Source: Octopus sinensis
Lineage: Eukaryota
NCBI RefSeq assembly: GCF_006345805.1
Contig: NC_043020.1
Span: forward strand, 25,358,001 to 25,422,000
Reading direction: 5' to 3'
Length of the DNA: 64,000 nucleotides
Under the pieces are notes generated by a model. It made no database searches and was not told the DNA's origin. It worked only from the letters and a program-made list of their open reading frames with translations. Below, in pieces: positions 31,334 to 43,974 of the stretch (positions are counted from its first letter, which is position 1; each line of letters starts with the position of its first letter). A program made the translations under genes and the position numbers.

Positions 31334-32134
31334 GAGCAAAACGCCCCCCATCCAATGGACGGTGCTGAGTTGTCAAAGATTTAAACCAAATTTTCTCAAA
31401 ACAACTTGTCCGACCGTCCCATAGGCCTCCTCTTTGAGAAACACTAATTTAACCTAAATTTGAAACACCAGCAAAAGAAGAAATAAAGATTGACTTTTTT
31501 TTTATTCCAAAGAAAAACGATTTTATTCACACAAATATGCAACCGAAGAGTTTAAAGTACCAGTAATGATAAGGCTGTTGACTACGAGAACACAAACATG
31601 GTTTAAACAGTAAGCTTGGCAGGAAAGAAACGTACCTTTAAGCAGTACAAAAACAATAAAAAATGGAAGATGCAGTTATGTACAGGTTGACGGAAGAAAG
31701 GTAGGACAAAAACGCCTTTATCGATCGCATTCTCACCTGGAATCGAATTTTGCAATTTTTTTCAAGAGTTATACAGTCCTGATACCGTCGGTATCTACAT
31801 ATCAAATTTGGGCGCAATCGGATGGAGGATGCCCGAGATCCTAGAAGACACACACGAATACAGTATTTCTACTTCAGGTGGTACATTTTTTATTGTGACT
31901 TTTGTCATCCTCTGGCCTAAATAGGTTGGTATCATCACCAAGTCATCTGTATGCAGATCCAATGTGGAAAATCGTTTCGCTAGATTTTCATTGTGGAAAC
32001 TTACTTGGATTGTGCCAAATTTATGCCACCAACTAATGTATTCCTTTGAATCCTATACAGGGCGAAGGTATTTTCAATTTTTTGCTGCGGTGCACTTTCT
32101 GGTCGTCTTGTCTTCTTGTTGATAACTTTGTATA

Positions 32135-32506
32135 TTATTGTTTTTGTGTGTTTTGCACGATGTGTTGTGGAATGTGGAGATGCAATTTATCTCCTTCTTT
32201 GGTGAGGAGTGCCTTTGTGTGGTTTATTTCTTGCGCGGTGAATTTTACGATTGTTTTCTTTTGTTTTATCGCTTCCGCGAAGTTTGTTTTATTTTTGGTG
32301 CTGTTAGTGGTAGAGGAGTTAGTTGTAGCAGTTGAAGTCGTGGTAGTAGTATTGGTGTTGGTGGTGCTGTCTTCGGAGGGCGGCTTTGTGCTGATTTCAA
32401 TGTTGTTGGTGGTGGTACTGGCATTCATGTTTGCGTCTGTATTCGTTTGTTTTGAAATCCCTTTCTCCGTCCGGATCTTTTCCTTTTGAACGGCACTTTG
32501 TAACAT
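32135..32506 (-). other. Possible LINE ORF1 N-terminal fragment
   Basis: Thr-rich low complexity followed by NFAEAIK..LLTKEGDKLHLHIP; lies just downstream of the Tx1 3' end on the same strand. Family not established. Confidence 0.25.
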
Positions 32507-32559
32507 AATTTCTAGGTAACTAAAAAGTTTTAAACTTCGTATACTGGTAGAATGTGTTT

Positions 32560-33745
32560 ATAAAACATCATTTTCTCGTGGCTTTATTGAGAAAATTCTG
32601 TATGTTGTAAGATATTTCGTCTTTAATTTCGAGCATTTCGTCAATTTTAACCAGTCGCTGGGGGAAAAAAGGGCGGGGGTATAAAAATAAAAGCAAAAGG
32701 AAAAAATCGATCAATAGGGATCGTTATCACAGAAATGTCAATATAAAGTGTAAAGGGGAAGACAGGTGTGTTTTACCCGTGGAAAGAAAAGCCTACGGAA
32801 AAGACCACGGTAACCTCGGTCAATGAAGTCACATGTTATATTTTTTTTACAAATAAGCAACTCTCTGTATTAATTTTTACGGTTCATAGGATCATACTCA
32901 AGGTGGCTTCGTCATTCATACGCGCCATCCTTGCTACATTCACCCATCTTTTTTTAAAACATTCACTAGACAAAACTTGCCTCTCTACTCTCACTTTCCT
33001 CTTCAAGTGATACTTGAAGAAGTTGATGAGTGATTGACCAGAGAGGAAAGTGTTTGTATCTAATCCTTTCAGGCGCGTCCACCAGATACATTCTTTCGCC
33101 ATAGCCACAAGTATGATGAAAATAGCTCTTCCTTCCCGTTTGAAGGAAGGAGGCGTGACGATATTAACGATAGACTCGGCTGGTAAACCGACACGTCCCA
33201 CACGTGACAGCAGTCGTTCGACATAAGCTCACAGGTCGGAGATTGTTGGACACTGCACGATTGCGTGCAAAATGGTTTCGTCGCTCTGCCCGCATCTCGG
33301 GCAGGTCGGCCCCGTGTTTCTCGAGCCATGCTTATAGAGCTTATCCCGAACGGGTAGCGCTTCTCGGTAGCACCGCCAGGCTAGAGATCTTTGGAAGTTG
33401 TCCATAGGTCCCGGCCCGAAAGTCGTTTCAAACAGGCGGGTCAGGTATTCCTCGTCGACGCCCAGGTTTGCCCCAAGATCGTCGTCGTACCTCCCCTCCA
33501 CTAATCCCCCATAGAATGCTTTGGTTGTGTTGAAGTCAATCAAGGTCGACCCGGGACGGCAGAGTTGCTTGAGAGCAACGCGACACTCGCGGTGCCATTC
33601 GCCCTTCCTCGGCCTCTTTTTGATCCACGACTGCAGTTCGGTCATGGAGACGGGCTGCGGGAAAGCGTGCCTCACAAACGGCGACCACACCTGTTCACCG
33701 TCGTCTACATAGAGCCGGAGAAGTCGCAGTCTCAGCGCGTGTCTG
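32560..33745 (-). mobile_element. Tx1/L1-clade LINE 3' end with C-terminal zinc-binding (zf-RVT-like) domain
   Basis: LAWRCYREALPVRDKL..TCPRCGQSDETILHAIVQCP, continuing to ..MNDEATLSMIL* at 32884; 5' truncated at a GA/GATA repeat. Confidence 0.85.
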
Positions 33746-33770
33746 CGCATCAGATAGATAGATAGATAGT

Positions 33771-33803
<33 letters not shown>

Positions 33804-34509
33804 TACATAGATAGAGAGAAAGAGAGAGAGACATAGATAGATAGATAAATAGATAGATAGATAGATATACAAACAGACAGACAGACTGACATACAAAGAT
33901 AGATTGACGGTAAATAAAGCAACGGATAATATAATTGCCCGAACATTACGAAATGGAATCACGATTTTACTTTTCACGGTTGACTGGGCACAAAGTTTAC
34001 AGGAATATATTCGTTCACTTATACATTTATTCCGGTGTGACTTCTACACACACACACACACACACACACATGCATATATATATACACACTTAGACACACA
34101 CATGTGTATATATATGTATAAACATATACACATGCATATATAAATGTATGTTTGAGTGTTTGTGTATGTGTGTATGTGTGTGTGTGTGCATCTGTCAACA
34201 TGAATATGTTTTTTATATATACTTTCTATATATATCAGTGCGTAGCTACTTGTTTGTGTATGTATGTAATTATGCATATACATACATTTATATGAACATA
34301 TTCTTATATATATGTGGGTGTGTGTATGTGGAAAATGTGCGTCTATACACATACTTGTATGCATGCATGTATGTATACATATGTAAGTATGTGTGTCCAT
34401 GTATGTATGTGTGTGTAAGTATGTATGTATGTGTATGTATGTATATATATATTTGTGTGTGTATATATGTATGTGTATTTGTGACACGGTCTGTATGTAG
34501 TTTTTACTA

Positions 34510-34850
34510 GCAAGGAGTCAGGTAGTAATGGAGTGTTGTGTTGTCTCCATATGGATGTTCGCTGTGGGATTGGATGTGGCAGCAAATAGGTCGTTGTTGT
34601 CCAGAAATGGAAGAGTGGAAGATAAAACGGAACCTTGTGGCACGCCATGCAAAAAGAGCAACGGCCACACAACGCCGCGATGATGTGAGCGGGCAGATGA
34701 GAAATGGAGGCACTGAGCATGAAGGTTTTGATTGATTTGCCTGGCAGACACGAGGGAAGGAGCAGAGCCTGATATAGGGTGACATGAGAGAGACGGTGTC
34801 CATTGGATCTGGTTCTGTGGAAAACGCAATGGCAGACAGTGACGAAGGAG
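34510..34850 (-). mobile_element. CR1/Jockey-group RT fragment
   Basis: GVPQGSVLSSTL..NDL..ATSNP in ORF 34518-34898. Confidence 0.65.
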
Positions 34851-34899
34851 AGAGAGGGAGAGATGTATGTATGTACAAACGTATATACACACACACACT

Positions 34900-34992
<93 letters not shown>

Positions 34993-35172
34993 TATATATA
35001 TATATAATAGTTATCGCCATACTAATATGGCATTCTTATAAAAATAAGAATAAAGCTGTCCGCTTATTAGCTCCATGATGCCATCGCCTTAAGTTAGCTA
35101 TTTGATACACAAACTGTATCCATATAACCTTCGAACAAGGGAGGTCAGTCGCTCCACACTACTTGACCGGCA

Positions 35173-35214
35173 GCTACAGACGCGTTTCAGGGTATTGCCC
35201 CTTTTCAATGCAGC
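35173..35214 (-). ncRNA. U3-A8 hammerhead in the inverted arm
   Basis: Minus: GCTGCA TTGAAAA GGGG CAATA CCCT GAAAC GC GTC TGTAGC; predicted cut between 35179 and 35178. Confidence 0.7.
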
Positions 35215-35571
35215 ATTGAAAAGGGGCAATACCCCGAAACGCGTCTGTAGCTGCCGGTCAAGTAGTGTGGAGCGACTGACCTCCCTTGTTCGAAGGTTAT
35301 ATGGATACAGTTTGTGTATCAAATAGCTAACTTAAGGCGATGGCCTCATGGAGCTAATAAGCGGACAGCTTTATTCTTATTTTTATAAGAATGCCATATT
35401 AGTATGGCGATAACTATTATTTTCCGGGAACGCTGCCGCTGTTCTCTTTTAGAGAGACTTAGTTATTTTAATATTTCTATTATTGAAAACAAGTGGATGT
35501 ATTCCACCGAAACTAGGTAAATAAAACTATCGAACAGAGATTGTCGGAAGCGACACCTACTGGCTGGCTAC

Positions 35572-35613
35572 GCTGCATTGAAAAGGGGCAATACCCCGAA
35601 ACGCGTCTGTAGC
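35572..35613 (+). ncRNA. Minimal type I hammerhead ribozyme, U3-A8 core variant (unit 2)
   Basis: Helix I GCTGCA/TGTAGC; core TTGAAAA; helix II GGGG-CAATA-CCCC; GAAAC-GC-GTC with palindromic ACGCGT; predicted cut after 35607. Confidence 0.8.
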
Positions 35614-35933
35614 TGCCGGTCAAGTAGTGTGGAGCGACTGACCTCCCTTGTTCGAAGGTTATATGGATACAGTTTGTGTATCAAATAGCTAACTTAAGGC
35701 GATGGCCTCATGGAGCTAATAAGCGGACAGCTTTATTCTTATTTTTATAAGAATGCCATATTAGTATGGCGATAACTATTATTTTCCGGGAACGCTGCCG
35801 CTGTTCTCTTTTAGAGAGACTTAGTAATTTTAATATTTCTATTATTGAAAACAAGTGGATGTATTCCACCAAAACTAGGTAAATAAAACCATCGAACAGA
35901 GATTGTCGGAAGCGACACCTACTGGCTGGCTAT

Positions 35934-35975
35934 GCTGCATTGAAAAGGGGCAATAGCCCGAAACGCGTCTGTAGC
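35934..35975 (+). ncRNA. U3-A8 hammerhead (unit 3, helix II GGGC/GCCC variant)
   Basis: As unit 2; predicted cut after 35969. Confidence 0.75.
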
Positions 35976-36994
35976 TGCCGGTCAAGTAGTGTGGAGCGAC
36001 TGACCTCCCTTGTTCGAAGGTTATATGGATACAGTTTGTGTATCAAATAGCTAACTTAAGGCGATGGCCTCATGGAGCTAATAAGCGGACAGCTTTATTC
36101 TTATTTTTATAAGAATGCCATATTAGTATGGCGATAACTATTATTTTCCGGGAACGCTGCCGCTGTTCTTTTAGAGAGACTTAGTTATTTTAATATCTAT
36201 TATTGAAAACAAGTGGATGTATTCCACCGAAACTAGGTAAATAAAACTATCGAACAGAGATTGTCGGAAGCGACACCTAATGGCTGGCTACGCGCATTGA
36301 AAAGGGGCAATACCGAAACGCGTCTGTAGCTGCGGTCAAGTAGTGTGGAGCGACTGACCTCCCTTGTTCGAAGGTTATATGGATACAGTGTGTATCAATA
36401 GCTAACTTAAGCGATGGCCTCATGGAGCTAATAAGCGGACAGCTTTATTCTTATTTTTATAAGAATGCCATATTAGTATGGCGATAACTATTATTTTCCG
36501 GGAACGCTGCCGCTGTTCTCTTTTAGAGAGACTTAGTTATTTTAATTCTATTATTGAAAACAAGTGGATGTATTCCACCGAAACTAGGTAAATAAAACTA
36601 TCGAACAGAGATTGTCGGAAGCGACACCTACTGGCTGGCTACGCTGCATTGAAAAGGGGCAAACCCGAAACGCGTCTGTAGTGCCGGTCAAGAGTGTGGA
36701 GCGACTGACCTCCCTTGTTCGAAGGTTATATGGATACGTTTGTGTATCAAATAGCTAACTTAAGGCGATGGCCTCATGGAGCTAATAGCGGACAGCTTTA
36801 TTCTTATTTTTATAAGATGCCATATTAGTATGGTGATAACTATTATTTTCGGGAACGCTGCCGTGTTCTCTTTTAGAGAGACTTAGTATTTTAATATTTC
36901 TATTATTGAAAACAAGTGGATGTATTCCACCAAAACTAGGTAAATAAAACCATCGAACAGAGATTGTCGGAAGCGACACCTACTGGCTGGCTAT

Positions 36995-37035
36995 GCTGCA
37001 TTGAAAAGGGCAATAGCCCGAAACGCGTCTGTAGC
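36995..37035 (+). ncRNA. U3-A8 hammerhead (unit 6)
   Basis: GCTGCA TTGAAAA GGGC AATA GCCC GAAAC GC GTC TGTAGC; predicted cut after 37029. Confidence 0.78.
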
Positions 37036-37292
37036 TGCCGGTCAAGTAGTGTGGAGCGACTGACCTCCCTTGTTCGAAGGTTATATGGATACAGTTTGTG
37101 TATCAAATAGCTAACTTAAGGCGATGGCCTCATGGAGCTAATAAGCGGACAGCTTTATTCTTATTTTTATAAGAATGCCATATTAGTATGGTGATAACTA
37201 TTATTTTCCGGGAACGCTGCCGCTGTTCTCTTTTAGAGAGACTTAGTAATTTTAATATTTCTATTATATATATATATACACATATATATATA

Positions 37293-37697
37293 TATTCTTT
37301 TATTCTTTCACTTATTTCAGTCATTTCACTGTGGCCATGCTGGAGCACTGCCTTTTAGTCGAAGAAATCGACCCTGAACTTATTCTTTGTGCTTATTCTA
37401 TCGGTCTCTTCTGCCAAACCGCTATATTACGGGAATGTAAACACACCAACATCGGTTGTCAAGCGATGGTGGTTTGGACAAACATAGACATAAACACACA
37501 CACACATATATATATATATTTATATATATATATACACGACGGGCTTCTTTCAGTTTCCGTCTACCAAATCCATTCACGAGCCTTTGGTCAACCCAAAGCG
37601 ATAGTAGAAGACACTTGCCCAATGTACCACATGGTGGACTGAACCCGGAAACATGTAGTTGGGAAGCAAGTTTCTTACCACACAGCCACACCTGCGC

Positions 37698-37698
<1 letters not shown>
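37293..37698 (-). mobile_element. SINE family C, near full length
   Basis: Head GGCGCAGGTGTGGCTGTGTGG, core, and GTGCTCCAGCATGGCCACAG tail. Confidence 0.85.
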
Positions 37699-37736
<38 letters not shown>

Positions 37737-37744
<8 letters not shown>

Positions 37745-38024
37745 ATATTTCGGAATGGTCATATTGCCAGTTTGCCCAATAAAAACACACGCACTATTTG
37801 GTGTTATTTTGCTTCAGTGATAATTATTTTTTACATTAATCTTAATCTTATTTCGGCCAAAGTTCTTTCGTCACACTCCTGTGACCGCATCAGTGGTCCT
37901 TTGTTTTCTTCTCACTTATTTGTGTCCCTCCTTATATCACTGAAGCAAAATAACACCAAATATATAGTGCGTGTGTTTTTATTGGCTAAACTGGCAATAT
38001 GACCATTCCGAAATATAACAATAT
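37737..38024. mobile_element. Fold-back element (~86-bp arms) with an HHR-like motif in the spacer
   Basis: Arms 37737-37822 and 37935-38024. Confidence 0.8.
37855..37899 (-). ncRNA. Hammerhead-like motif with CUGAUGC core (A9C)
   Basis: GGACCA CTGATGC G GTCAC AGGAGT GTGAC GAAA G AA C TT / TGGCC. Confidence 0.55.
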
Positions 38025-38083
38025 CCGTTTCAACACACGACTTCACGTAAAAAATCTTGCACAACAAATATTTAAACGTATAT

Positions 38084-38117
<34 letters not shown>

Positions 38118-38239
38118 CGATGGGCTTCTTTCAGTTTCCGTCTATATAATCCCCTCAGAAGGTTTTGGTCGGCCTGAGGCTATAGCAGAAGACTTCCTCC
38201 AAAGTGCCACGCAGTGGGACTGAACCCGGAACCATGTGG

Positions 38240-38520
38240 TTGAGGTTTGAGTGGTTGTCTTTCTCTGAAATAGGTCACAATGTGGCATCCTTCCGAATAT
38301 GAAGGGAATGTCCCAGCAGAAAATGGGCGTGTAAAGAGTTTGTTGATGATAGGAGCAATTCTGGGCCGGGTCGATGTTTGAGTATTATTGAACGGACACC
38401 GTCAAGACAAGTGAGTTTGTCGGTTTGAAGTAATCAGAAGTATTGCTGCTTTGGATAGGTAACGTTTGTCGTCGTGTGGGAAGGAAATAGATTTAAAAGA
38501 GATTGAGCAATAGTGTGTTG
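38240..38520 (-). mobile_element. CR1/Jockey-group LINE fragment upstream of RT motif 1
   Basis: Minus: IAPIINKLFTRPFSAGTFPS. Confidence 0.55.
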
Positions 38521-39499
38521 TGTGAAGTTGATTTCAAAGTGGATAGTCAAGGCGGAGGCTTTCTCGATGGAGGTGGGCAAGTATTTGTTGAGAAGAAAAT
38601 GAAAAGAGGACAGTGCGAAGTTGGCAGAGATTGTTTCAGTAAGGAACCAGAAGAGTCGGCTGTTGTTGTTACTGAAGTCAACGCCGCTATTGTTATTCTT
38701 AATGTTGTTGTTGTAGTAGTTGTTCTTCTTCTCGTATCAAACACCTCTCGTTTTCATCAATTATTATTTTCCTTTTCAAATCGATCAATTTGTCTAATTC
38801 TTTATATTTCTGCTTTTTATTCCTTCCAATGTTTGTTGTTGCGTTTGTTATTGTTAGTTTTATCCACCGCTCGCCTTCTTTATATCCAATTGTTTTCCTT
38901 GACTTGCCATCAAAACTGTTGAAGATTAAAATATTGTACTATTAACCCCATTCTTGAACTGGTTATTCTTGTTCCTTTTGCTTCCGTTGTAGTTTACTTT
39001 GTTTTATTTTGTTTATATTTGTTTCTTTCTATCATTGTTCTTCCTGTTGTTGTTGCAGTTGATTTTATCGTCGTGGCTTCTGTTGCTGTTATTAATTCTG
39101 TTGCACTCATTCTGCCTTTATAGAAAGCTCGTTTGTTCAGCTTCTCAGTTATTTCCCTCCCAATGGACTTCCAAATCATCTCTTCCTCTTAACAAGATTA
39201 CTTCGTTGCTTTCATTTCTCCACTCAAAGCACTTTTCATCTCTTCAAGTATACCTTCACTTTCACAGCTTAAAAAGGATCCACCTTTGGAACAGAGAGGA
39301 CTAAATTTCTGTTATAACAAGCTTTACATTGTTTTAGAGTGTTTATTCTCAAAGACCAGTTCAATGCCTATTGTTATGCTCAACCACTGAACATTCTTCA
39401 TTGTCTTCAATTGTCTCTACAAAGTTGATTTACGGAGCTTAAATAAATCTTTCGCCTTCAGAACTTGACTGATCCCCCTCTGGGGATCAGCTACGTTCT

Positions 39500-39800
39500 C
39501 CTGCTGCTGCTGCAATGTTTGCCTTCGTGTTTGCTAGATTTTCCATCATCCAACAAGGTTCTCACATTCCAGCAACGGATCTTCAAACGTGTCTGCTTTA
39601 ACATGTTTTACTCCTGCTGAAAGAAACAGCTGTTAGTCGCGGTAAAATGACCTGGTCGTGGGGCAAGTAACGTTTGGAACACCCTTTTTGTTTCTTGGAT
39701 GAGCAGAAGCCTCCTTAAATAAGTCTCCTTAGTCACAAGGGACACCTCCCAATCCCTGTGACTCCCAAGATTAAAGAAATCCCCTGCCATCTAGAATGGA
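39500..39800 (-). mobile_element. RTE-like LINE 5' fragment (start of APE domain)
   Basis: Minus: LKIRCWNVRTLLDDG at 39543-39587. Confidence 0.4.
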
Positions 39801-40097
39801 AACTTTGTAACTTTGTATACTGCCAACGAATCAAGTCTGTATACACCGCCATTGACTCATCACCGAAGAACTTTTAGACACCAGAATAGATAGAAATGAT
39901 TGTTTTGTTCTGTTCCTTATAAAGCATTCCAACGGCAGTTCTACTTATGAGAGACATACTGCATTACAAAGTATCTGTACCTCTTAGAGATACAGATGCT
40001 TGTATTGCATAAAGACCACTCTCTGGGTGGCAACTACCATGATTCAGAAAGAGAGAGAGAGAGAAAGTAAAACCACGCCTGGGAGTATCGACTAAAA

Positions 40098-40361
40098 CAG
40101 TGGTTCCCAACCATTCTTTACAAATCGACCCCTTTGATTTCTGTTTTACTCGGATGGACCCTCCTAGCTATGCGAGGTTTTGAAAATCTAATAATATTTT
40201 AATAATTAAATATTATTAGGAACTGAATAAAAGAATTATAAAAATATTTTGTGCATTACAGAAGTATAACCAGATGATTGCACAAATTTTAACAACAAAA
40301 TCATGCATGTAACTCCACCCCTACCCCCCGGGGTCGTGTGGGCACCGGTTGAGAATCACTG
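40098..40361. mobile_element. hAT (Charlie-like) MITE
   Basis: TIRs CAGTGGTTCCCAACC / GGTTGAGAATCACTG; the putative 8-bp TSD is degraded. Confidence 0.75.
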
Positions 40362-40922
40362 AACCAGAGAATTTATATTAGTTTCCATTTCCTAATCTTC
40401 GAGAACCAAGGCAACCCACAAGAGATCAGCGGGGTTAAAATTTGGAATATTCCATCTGATAGGTTGATGTTCTACACTTAAGGGACCATCATTTCCGAGA
40501 TGTAAACAACATTCGATCAAAGCTTCCATCCACAATCGAAGTCACAAATTGACAGTGATTTGTTGCAAGGAAGTCTTTGAACATATATTCTTTTCTATTC
40601 TAGGCACAAAGCCCGAAAGTTTGGTAGAGGGGCCAGTCGATTAGATCGACCCTAGTACGCAACTGGTACTTAATTTATCGACACCGACAGGATGAAAGCC
40701 AAAATCGACCTCAGACTCATTTATCTTTGACCATATATTGTGAACATCATGACTGTTAATAGATGTTGTGTTTCGCGGGTGGGGTTTCTTGCAAATCTCC
40801 CTCAACATGTTCCTCATCGATGAGCCGATTGAGTCGTCGACAATTCCAGCAGAAATACAAGTGAATCCGGATTACAAGCTACCTCTAACACTCATTAGTG
40901 TTACCTCTAATGCTCATATATA

Positions 40923-41005
<83 letters not shown>

Positions 41006-41006
<1 letters not shown>

Positions 41007-42320
41007 TAGCAGAGATACCCGGCGTTGCCCGTGTTACATGCAATTGAAGAATTAGATATTTCAGTTATATTTTCTCAAATGAACTGGAATATCTATGTTT
41101 CAAAATTTCATCAAAATTGCAGATGAGACTTATTTCCTTCTTTACACACCCTAAAAAAATTGTAATCGTGCCACATGTATCCCATACTACTGCGCATATT
41201 CCAAAATTCCAGTCTTATTGAACCTGTTAAAAAGATTTTGCTCCTGAAAGATGAAGGTTATGGAGCTCTAAAATGTGAGAGTTAAGGCCCCTGTTGGGGT
41301 GGGCATCTTAGTGTCAACCAGAGAAGTTGAATTATGGAGAATCTTTTTAACTTGGGTCTTATATCTATTGTTTGAATTTCTTTGAAATAGGAAATATATG
41401 TTTACTGGGTTTGTAAAAGAGAGCAAAGCTACAGGGAACCAAAAGACGAATGATCACAATAAGCAGTTAGCTACCCTACCCTAGTCGTTACCACACCCAA
41501 TGTAGGATTCATCACCATCCAGGTAACAGGCACAGCCGTAAGATGCGTTACGAATGTATAGTAATTGGAAGGGCATGACCCAACTGAAATAAATATTAAC
41601 AACTGTGTGATGTGAGGGCTAAGGAGAAATGAGAGTGTCACCTCTGGAGCTTGCAAATGACCACTATACTGATACGTAACTGGACAGAATAAATTTACAA
41701 TCAATAAATGTCTTTGAATAACCAGTCACTCATCTGGGAAGGCCTTGAAATCAATGTTACCATCTGGGAACTATGTGTGTCCGAGTGATAATAAAAAGAC
41801 TGAAAGGAGGTCTGCAATCAAATAACGTTACTCAACACTTTGCAACTGAATCAGTGGAGGCAAAGATGCCTCTCATTTACTTGACAATTTATGCACCATA
41901 TTGCAGAAATCACAATGTAAGTGTATGTCAAAGCGAACTGTTACACTGTTGTACCATTGAATTACAAATAATGCTCGTGCTTTATGCTCGGGTAACCCTA
42001 CAGCTTCCAAGAGCACAACTGTATTCGTTTTTGCTTAGATAAAATGACAAAATTGTGGGTATTAAATCCCCATGGAGGGGTCTTTCTAACTTGTAAGAAG
42101 ATGAAATTTTATAAATATTACTTCATTTGTGTCTAATATCTATGGTTAAAATTTCATCAACAGCAAAAATATATGAATTGTCATGGAAGTTATGGCCCAT
42201 ATGCATAGAATGTTATTTCCAAATTTCCTAAAGATCCATTCAGTACTTTTGACCTAATTTTAGATCATAAAAGAAATGACTAAAATTTGGGAGTTAAAAC
42301 TCCCATTTGGGTGTTATATA
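41006..42320 (-). mobile_element. Helitron-like non-autonomous element
   Basis: Minus 3' end CGGGCAACGCCGGGTATCTCTGCTAG|T, nearly identical to the 30847 terminus; 5' boundary approximate. Confidence 0.6.
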
Positions 42321-42329
42321 TATATACAA

Positions 42330-42648
42330 ACAAAGATAAATTGAGTGGGCAAACAAAAATATGAGACACAGCCTAGTGATTTTTTTATGTTGATAAGCCT
42401 GGTACTTATTCAATTAGTTTGTTCTTGTGAAACCAGTAAGTTACGGCGAAGTAAATAAATGAACAGCATTTGTGAAGCAGTGAAGAGGGCGAAATACAGA
42501 GACAAAGACACACACATACACTTACATCTATACATACATATATATACGATTGATTTCTTTCAGTTCCTGTCTACGAAATCCATATATATATATATATATA
42601 TATATATGTATACACACATATACACACGCACGCACACACACACACACG

Positions 42649-42708
<60 letters not shown>

Positions 42709-42951
42709 GAGAAATTGATAGATACAACTGAGTGGGCAAACAAAAATGAGACACTGCCGAGTGCTCTTTTTTTTTATTTTGATAAGCCTGGTACTTATTC
42801 CATCAGTTTCTTCTTGTGAAACCAGTAAGTTATGGAGATGTAAATAAACGAACACCAGTTGTGAGGGAGAAACACAAAGATACACACATACACTTACATC
42901 TATACATACATATATATACGATTGATTTCTTTCAGTTCCTGTCTACGAAAT

Positions 42952-42993
<42 letters not shown>

Positions 42994-43039
42994 TATATGT
43001 ATACACACATATACACACGCACGCACACACACACACACG

Positions 43040-43088
<49 letters not shown>

Positions 43089-43300
43089 AGAAATTGATAG
43101 ATACAACTGAGTGGGCAAACAAAAATGAGACACTGCCGAGTGCTCTTTTTTTTATTTTGATAAGCCTGGTACTTATTCCATCAGTTTCTTCTTGTGAAAC
43201 CAGTAAGTTATGGAGATGTAAATAAACGAACACCAGTTGTGAGGGAGAAACACAAAGACACACACATAGACTTACATATATACATAAATATATATACAAT
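42330..43300. repeat. ~375-bp tandem units built from SINE-C fragments and CA/TA microsatellites
   Basis: The (C/G)ACTTACAT marker recurs at 42519, 42891 and 43269. Confidence 0.8.
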
Positions 43301-43780
43301 TGATTTCTTTCAGTTTCTGTCTACAAGATCCACTGACAAGGCTTTGGTTGGTCTGAGGCTATAGCAGAAGACACATACCAAGTTACCACAGAGTAGGACT
43401 GAACTGAGGACCATGTGTTTTGGAACCAAGTTTGTTATCACACAGCCACACCTGCACCTATGCATGTGTGTGTGGATAGGTGGGTGTGTATATGTGTATG
43501 GGTGTATATATCTATGCATGTATATATGTATATATATATGTGTGTACATGTTACATGTACATCTATATATATATATATACATCTACACATACATGTATAC
43601 ATATACATGTATATCTATAGAAATACATGTATATATATAGAAATACATGTATACATATACATCTATATATATACATGCATATATATATATATATACATCC
43701 ATATATATATATCCATATATATATATATACATCCATATATATACATCTATATATATATATACATGTATATGTATACATCT

Positions 43781-43811
<31 letters not shown>

Positions 43812-43974
43812 AATTTAAATTTAAAATAATAAAGGTGAACAATTGAATATTCATTTGATTAATATGAATTGAAAACCAGTGGTATAGCATGTAAGACCAT
43901 AGCAGATCTTCTTCTAGCAAAATGGATGTCCACTGTTAATAGTTCATCTCTCTTATATAATAGTTTGACTTTAA

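Larger units (their letters stand above)
35004..37267 (+). mobile_element. Retrozyme/Penelope-LTR-like array: 5.75 tandem ~362-bp HHR units plus a 208-bp inverted copy, inserted in (TA)n
   Basis: Unit starts 35213, 35575, 35937, 36294, 36646, 36998; palindrome 35004-35420 centred on 35212. Confidence 0.85.

Noticed and set aside
35098-35326. Mirror-image 74-aa ORFs (likewise the 61-aa pair at 30972-31217)
   Set aside because: They are a by-product of the palindromes and show no protein features.
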